Assembly: GCA_951406725.2 (NCBI GenBank)
Contig: OX597820.1
Coordinates: 54,188,001-54,252,000 of the forward strand
Reading direction: 5' to 3'
DNA length: 64,000 nt
Origin: Octopus vulgaris
Taxonomy: Eukaryota
Below, in pieces: positions 56,360 to 64,000 of this stretch (positions are counted from its first letter, which is position 1; each line of letters opens with the position of its first letter). A program made the position numbers and the translations under genes. The notes beneath the pieces are model-generated. The model did not search any database and had not been told where the DNA came from. It saw nothing but the letters and a program-made list of their open reading frames with translations.

Positions 56360-57195
56360 TTAGTTTAGCACGCCAGGCAAAATTTTTAGCAGCATTTCGT
56401 TCATGTGTACGTTCAGAGTGCAAATTCCACCGGAATTGATTTTGCCTTTCAACATTTCGGGGTCGATTATAATTAGTAGCAGTTGTGCACTGGGGTCGAT
56501 GTAATCGACATACCCCCTCCCCTGAAATTACTGGACTTGATCCTAAATTTGAAATCAGTATATTTTTATATGTTAGGCGGTGAGTTGGCAGAATCGGTAG
56601 CACGCCTGGCAAAATGCTCAGCGACATTTAGTCCGTCTTTATGTTTTGAGTTCAAATTCCGCCGTACCAGTTGAGCACTGGAGTCGATGGTCTTGTATCA
56701 AAACTTGAAACTAATATATATATTTACATTATTTACATTATTTACAATTGACGGATATTTGTCCTCATCTTGTTTGTTGTTAACACAACGTTTCGGCTGA
56801 TATACCCTCAGGTGTCTTGGGGAAATTTCGAACCTGGGTTCTCATTCCTAAGGTATCTTTCGATGTCGTTGTTATTATTATTATTATTATTATTCAGATC
56901 ACTAACTGGAATCGAACTCGGAATCTTGGGGTTAGTAGCCCGTGGGCATAATATATATTTGTATACGTTAAGGCGGCGAGCCGGCAGAATCGTTAGCACG
57001 CCGGGCAGAATTCTTAGCGACATTTCGTCTGTCTCTACGTCCGTCTTTACATTCTGACTTCAAATTCCGCCGTGGTAGACTTTGCCTTTTGGTCCCTTCT
57101 GAGTCGATTAAAATAAGTACCAGTTGAACACTGGGGTCGATATAATCAACTTATCCCCTTCCGGAAATTGCTGGCCTTGTGCCAAAATTTGAAAT
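56360..57195 (+). mobile_element. SINE B cluster interrupted by the hammerhead element 56721-56943
   Basis: Family B motifs at 56360-56715 and 56969-57195. Confidence 0.75.
56721..56943 (-). mobile_element. Second copy of the tRNA-headed hammerhead element, with ribozyme inactivated
   Basis: Reverse complement matches ~24140-24390: B box GAGTTCGATTCC, (TAA)n, body, and CAGCCGAAACGTTGTGTT. An 11-nt deletion removes part of CUGAUGA and the 5' strand of stem II. Confidence 0.8.
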
Positions 57196-57300
57196 AAATA
57201 TATATATATGTATACGTTAATGTGGAGATTGTAGTGGAGTTAGTGTGGTGATCTTGACGGCTGAATTGGCAGTTGTACTGGAAGTGGATGTAGTGATGGC

Positions 57301-57468
<168 letters not shown>

Positions 57469-57861
57469 TTCATGAGGATTACTAAGGTGGTAACCGATGA
57501 AATAAAAGCATTGTATAAGGTGTAAGAATCAAAGTTTCGTTTACACAATATAAGAACTTCACTCTCACCATATACATGTACACATAAATATTCACGCACA
57601 CATACACAATATTATATTATACCACATGCGCGTACACATATCTATGTACATGTGCACACGAGCACAAAGGCATTCACATGAATATACACAGACATCCACA
57701 TATACATACGTACATGTGTATATTTAAAGGGCAGAACCACTAGGTGGTCAGCCGTATGCTAGAAGTAGATCACCTACGATCAAACTACTAGGCTAGACTA
57801 CTGGCTTTAAATTGATATTAATTAAATTAATATTAAATTTATCCCCCTCATTATTTAAATG

Positions 57862-57913
<52 letters not shown>

Positions 57914-58604
57914 CACAGACACATAGCGTCTCACACACACACACGGACACACAGCTACACACGTACACAAACACATAGATACACAACACGTGCACACGTG
58001 AACAAAACACATATATATATACAGACATCGACATATATATATATACCCACATATATACATACACAAACACATAGAATTACACTCACAGAGACACACGGCT
58101 ACACACATATACACAGCTACACACGTGCACAAACATATAGATACATAACAAGGTAAACATATCCTGGAAGGAAAACTAAATAGTAAAATGATATTTAAAA
58201 CAGTGAACATGTATTGACATTGTGTATTAATAATGTAGGGGTCGAAATAGCAGAATCAATATTATAGGGGTTTACTAAACATAACACACATACCACCTAC
58301 CACACAGGAGAGGGCTTCCCGTGTATACAAATATGGCAGCTGTTCTGTGTTTTGTGTCTGACGGTCTATGTCAACTATCATATATACATGTATACACACA
58401 TACACTCAGGAAAACGCATACTCTTACGCATACATATGAGCATTCGTGTGTATGTATAAACATACACATACACAAACTCTCATGCATACATGCACGTAAA
58501 TGCAGATACACGCGTACCCATAAATACGCACAAACGCATACATACGTACACACATGCACATGCACGCACGCACACTCACACACATACACAAACACCCATA
58601 TATA

Positions 58605-58637
<33 letters not shown>

Positions 58638-58642
<5 letters not shown>

Positions 58643-59116
58643 GGATTCCAGAACATCCCACTGTGCTTGAGGAGACCTATGAGTCAAGTACATGAACATC
58701 GAAATAAATATCAATGGAAATAGTAGTCGTGATACCTGTGCCGGTGGCACATAAAAAGCACCATCCGAACGTGGCCGATGCCAGCGCCGCCTCGACTGGC
58801 TTCTGTGCCGGTGGCACATAAAAAAGCACCATCCGAACGTGACCGATGCCAGCGCCGCCTTGGCTGGCTTCCGTGCCGGTGGCACGTTAAAAGCACCAAC
58901 CGATCGTGACCGATACCAGACTCCCCTGGCACCTGTGCCGGTGGCACGTAAAAACCACCCACTACACTCGCGGAGTGGTTGGCGTTAGGAAGGGCATCCA
59001 GCTGTAGAAACCCTACCAGATCAGGCTGAAGCCTGATGCAGCCCCTGGCTTCCCAGACCCCGGTTGAACTGTCCAACCCGTGATAGCGTGGAAAACGGAC
59101 GTTAAACGACGACGAC

Positions 59117-59157
<41 letters not shown>
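58638..59157 (+). mobile_element. RTE-related SINE (Ceph-SINE-like) with internal 62-68-bp tandem repeat and (GAT)n tail
   Basis: Units CYGTGCCGGTGGCAC start at 58736, 58803, 58871 and 58933. They are followed by GGTTGGCGTTAGGAAGGGCATCCAG and an RTE-like end GGAAAACGGACGTTAAAC(GAT)n. Confidence 0.8.
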
Positions 59158-59158
<1 letters not shown>

Positions 59159-59172
59159 ATACAGAGAGCGAG

Positions 59173-59222
<50 letters not shown>

Positions 59223-60147
59223 GGAGTGAGAGAGAGAAAAGGCAGGCAGAAATGTAATCATAAGTATGAGCATGAGAAATATAACTGAGTACTCAATACA
59301 GAAAGTATAGTGATAATAAAAAGTTACCTGGAGTGTCTTGTTGCCGATATTCAGACGATTATGAAAAACAGAACATAAAATTTACAATATAATAATTAAC
59401 CTACTGCAAAGACGTTTGCATATCATAGAAAAGACTGGTTCATTGACAGGTTCATGATAGAATCTTAGTTTGAAAATTAGGAAAGTTATCACTTAGAAGA
59501 ATAGTATGGAGTAGAATATTTTATTCAAGGCAATGTGATATTCCTCAGAAGATAATCATGTATACACAAATATATATATATGTGAGTGTTCGTAAAAAAA
59601 TAATTAAAGTCCAAGGGAAAGGAGTCAAAGTGTCAGTCTTTAAAATCGGAAGAGGAAAAACTATATATTACAATTTTCAATTCTGCCGAAGTCGACTTTG
59701 CCTTTCATCCTTTCGTGGTCGATGAATTAAGTACCAGTTGCGTACTGGGGTAGATCTAATCGACTGCCCCACCTCCCCAAACAGAAATGAATATATTACA
59801 ATTTTCGTAGACTTTCCTCTTTTAAGCAGAATTACCAATTAGAGGCAATTGCTTCGGATAATGAAATAGAACTAAGGAAAGTGAAGTCCTGGAATTACAT
59901 GACTAGCTAACCTTAATTTCATTGCTATTAAACAGCTAATGAAATCTAGGATTTTATGGTTGATCGGAAAATAAAAAGAGATAAAGTATAAAAGGACATT
60001 TATCCTATGTGCCAACTTATAACAATATTTCTTTCGGTATATTTTTAAACATGAAAACATTGGCGCTGGTCGAGTATTGTATTTTATCTGCAAAGCTACG
60101 ATTAAGAACTATATTTCTTAGAATAACAGGTGTAGTTCAAATCCTTA

Positions 60148-60443
60148 TCTTTATATATAAAATTGAAGTTGTGTGTCTGTCTCCTACGATTTAGATTCCT
60201 AACTACTCCCACATTTTGCGGTGCAGTTTAACCAAAACCGGGTATATTATAGTCGTGATTCATGTCGAGCCCTTCTGGGTATTAGCGCGCGTCTACGATG
60301 AGTCAACGATTTTTAAAAAAAATTACCATCATTTTTTTCCATTTTTAATGCATTTTTTTGCTATTTTTTGGCTATAACTCTCTAAAAAAGCTTATATAGT
60401 TATTTCCCTTACAAACCCGAGAAACGCCGGGCCATACTGCTAG
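60148..60443 (+). mobile_element. Non-autonomous Helitron
   Basis: A|TC..TATATATAAAA 5' end, subterminal hairpin CCCG-AGAAACGC-CGGG (60416-60431), CTAG|T 3' end. No TSD. Confidence 0.85.
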
Positions 60444-61449
60444 TTTATTAATAAAAGCCTTTCAGGTTTTCGTCTCTAAATTTGAAGTAATATCTAAAAG
60501 AAATCAACTATGCAAAGTTGTGCTTCTTAGAATTATTTATCCACAAAGCCCATTCTAAATTTTTCTCGTGATCTTTCAGATAACGAGAAACTCGTCCATT
60601 TCTCCATTTCTCGGTAAAAACCTTCTCGCAAAGTAGGAAATATTTTACGCAAAAAGCCAAAATGTAAATTCCGATAATTTCATATAAATCAACACCACTG
60701 CAGGATCCCAGGGAAATATAAAACACTTTGACTATGATTCTTTTCTTTTTGTGAGCGGGTTAAGCCAGGTTGAATTATCGAAAAACAAGCGATTTTCTTG
60801 CATGCATAATAATCTTAATGTCAGATTCACAAATTCCTATGGCGTTGTTGGCGAAAGTTAAGAAACTAAGAAGGCAACGAAGTACTAAATTATAGAAATA
60901 TTACCGAATTATAGAAATAATAAATTGTGTGAATTTTCTATTTCGCTGGTCGTTAATATTGCTAATCAATTCTATTACGGCTGTACTGTTATTTCATAAT
61001 GTGAAAGACATGTTTTTTTGTTCTTAGTATAATGGAATCCACACTGCGCTTGTGAACTATGGCTAATTCAATTTGAGTGGGGTTGATTAAACTGCTATTT
61101 GAGTTGTTAAGTGAAATCGAGTGTGAAATTTTAAAGTTTAATGTATAGTGTAAGAGGAAAGGCAAGTAACAGTGTGTTTAGCTTCAACGTTTATAGAATT
61201 ATATGCGTTAGAGCCATATTTTTTGGTAATATTGTCTGATATGAGTCTAATATGTGCTTCGCTCTTATAAAGACATTTCTCTCTATACTGTAAACTTTAC
61301 AGTGTAAAGTCTAGCTCGATTGTACATGAATTTGAATAGAAATTCACAGTGATCAAGAATTCCAGCTTATAAAGTAAGAGAAGTTGTAGATTTTCCTGGA
61401 ACTTACACCTTTCTAAATTTAAAAATGTCTACAGTTCTTGACTAGTTAC

Positions 61450-61702
61450 TCTTTTTTTTACTCTTTTTACTTGTTTCAGTTATTTGACTGTGGCCATGCT
61501 GGAGCACCGCCTTTAGTCGAGCAAATCGACCCCAGGACATATTCTTTGTAAGCCTAGTACTTATTCTATCAGTCTCTTAGGCCGAACCGCTAAGTGACGG
61601 AGACGTAAAAACACCAGCATCGGTTTCAAGCGATGTTTGGAGGGACATACACAAACACCACACACACACACACACATACACACACACAGACACGCACGCA
61701 CG

Positions 61703-61742
<40 letters not shown>

Positions 61743-61915
61743 CATTTATACGACGAACTTCTTTTAGTTTCTGTCTACCAAATCCACTCACAAGGCTTTG
61801 GTCGGCCCGGGGCTATAGTATAAGACACTTGACCAATGTGCCACGCAGTGGGACTGAACGAAGAACCATGTGGTTGGTAGGCAAGCTACTTACCACTCAG
61901 CCACTCCTGCGCCTA
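61450..61915 (-). mobile_element. SINE family A
   Basis: Full-length reverse-complement match. Confidence 0.9.
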
Positions 61916-62610
61916 TGTTAAAGAAATATTTTCTCGTTTCAAAGGCACCAATTCTTTGATTATTAGAGAGGATTTCCTTATCTTAATTCCGAACTTCTTA
62001 TTTATCTGAGATCCATCAGTAACTTTGTTTCCAATTATTTATGTACACTTTCTCATTCTTCTTACAAAAATTTCCAACTCGATAAAGCATTTACTGTCAA
62101 GTGAAATGCTTGATCCTCGGTCACGCTATCACTCATTTATAGCAGCTTTGATTAAAATTTGGGCTAAAGCCTCTGTCTTAGTGAGAAATTACTGATATTA
62201 TTTTAAGATGATAACGGGTTGAACAAGCGTTCAGAAATGTGTGATTACTACTGAGAATTTCCATACTTTTTGCATTGCACATACGTGACTCGAAATGGCT
62301 GTCAAAAGTAGTGATTAGCCATCATATGTTAGACTGAACGAACAAAATTTACAAAAACTAATACGCTATAATTATTTTTACCAACGTATTCAAAGGCGTT
62401 TAAATGTCATTAGTTATTTCCCTTGCACTGTTATTTCTTTTTACAAACGCTTCACAACTTGCCAATATAAACAAATTTTGTTCATAGATACATTTACATA
62501 TTTCTGATATCTGTTTAGCTCGCATGGATTAATCACGTGATTTAAGATTCTCCGTCTCTAAAAGTCTTCTGTCTGTCTGTCTCTCTGACTCCCCTCCCTT
62601 TAAACATACA

Positions 62611-62699
<89 letters not shown>

Positions 62700-62719
62700 A
62701 GTGTGAGAGAGAGAGAGGC

Positions 62720-62773
<54 letters not shown>

Positions 62774-62808
62774 ACAGACAGATAGAAGACATATAGATAG
62801 ATAGATAT

Positions 62809-62918
<110 letters not shown>

Positions 62919-63307
62919 CTATATACATATATACTCATAATATACCAATAATATAAATATGTACTTTTGTGGGGTGGTTGGAAAGCAGAATTCCTGTGAA
63001 TTATCACGAAATTTCAATTTGTGTGTGTTCATGTGTTTGTGTGTGTGCGTGTGTTTGTGTATGGTGTATGTGTGTTGGTGTGTATGTGTGTGTGTGTGTG
63101 CAGGTGTGTGTGTGCATGCGTCTGTGCGTGTGCGCCTGTGTGTAAGTATATCTATACGTTTGTGTGTGCGTGCGTCTGCGTGTGTGTGCGACAGCTGTAT
63201 GTGTGTATGCATGTCCATGCGTGTGCGTGTGCGTGTGCGTGTTTGCGTGCGCGTGTATAATCATATCTGTACGTTTGTGTGTTCGTATGTCTGCGTGTAT
63301 GTACCAC

Positions 63308-63392
<85 letters not shown>

Positions 63393-63635
63393 TGTTTAAA
63401 ATAGGAAGGGTACGGTAGATAATGCATTCCTAGACGCACACATACACACACGTAAAAACACATGAAATACTCGACTTTCATCATTGATCTGTTCCATCAG
63501 GGTTGGCCCGGGGTTAAAGACTATGACCTCCAGGGAACAGTGGTTAACCTAGGCAAACATTACGTGGTCGCTAGACTTGCTAGAAGCAGCAGACACATTA
63601 CACTCAAATTATACCTTAACATCTTGAAATGAAAT

Positions 63636-63781
63636 GGTAAGTAGCTTGCTTACGAACCACATGGTTCCGGGTTCAGTCTCACTGAGTGGCACCTTGGTCA
63701 AGTCTCCTCTCCTACAGCCTCGGGCCGACCAAAGCTTTCTGAGTGGATTTGGTAGAAGGAAACTGAAAGAAGCCCGTCGTT

Positions 63782-63815
<34 letters not shown>

Positions 63816-63830
63816 CGTGTGTGTGTCAAT
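63636..63830 (+). mobile_element. SINE family A, 5' half
   Basis: Head plus microsatellite; the tail is missing. Confidence 0.8.
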
Positions 63831-64000
63831 TCGTTGTTTATATGTTTTTGCGAATATGTTTTCTGTACTTGTGTTCTTCCTTATCAGTGTTTCTGAATGT
63901 TTGTGAGTTTCTCAAAGTAGACATTAGTGTGTGCCTGTAGATATGTGTGTGTGTGTGTGTGCTTGCTTGCGTTTGCATGTATATGCACGTATGATTTGTA

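Overview
AT-rich, microsatellite-saturated eukaryotic DNA. The repeat families and composition suggest an octopus/cephalopod genome (inference from recalled repeat families, not a database match). Almost all listed ORFs are artefacts of simple repeats. The window is mostly intronic or intergenic and is built from: (1) several tRNA-derived SINE families with shuffled modules; (2) hAT, Tc1/mariner and Helitron-type non-autonomous elements, several nested; (3) decayed LINE fragments (R4/Dong-, RTE- and CR1-like); (4) an internally deleted mariner carrying a 30-bp minisatellite. Only one host-gene exon is supported: a 76-bp phase 1->2 exon at 51792-51867 (+) resembling the second exon of MYRF. The most striking signal is a set of type I hammerhead-ribozyme motifs in four or five mutually dissimilar small elements, two with Penelope-type inverted ends. 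One of these (24023-24422) is a complete insertion with a 12-bp TSD that combines a tRNA-like Pol III head, a (TAA)n spacer, a hammerhead and an inverted 5' duplication. It is a candidate ribozyme-bearing SINE mobilised by Penelope-like elements.
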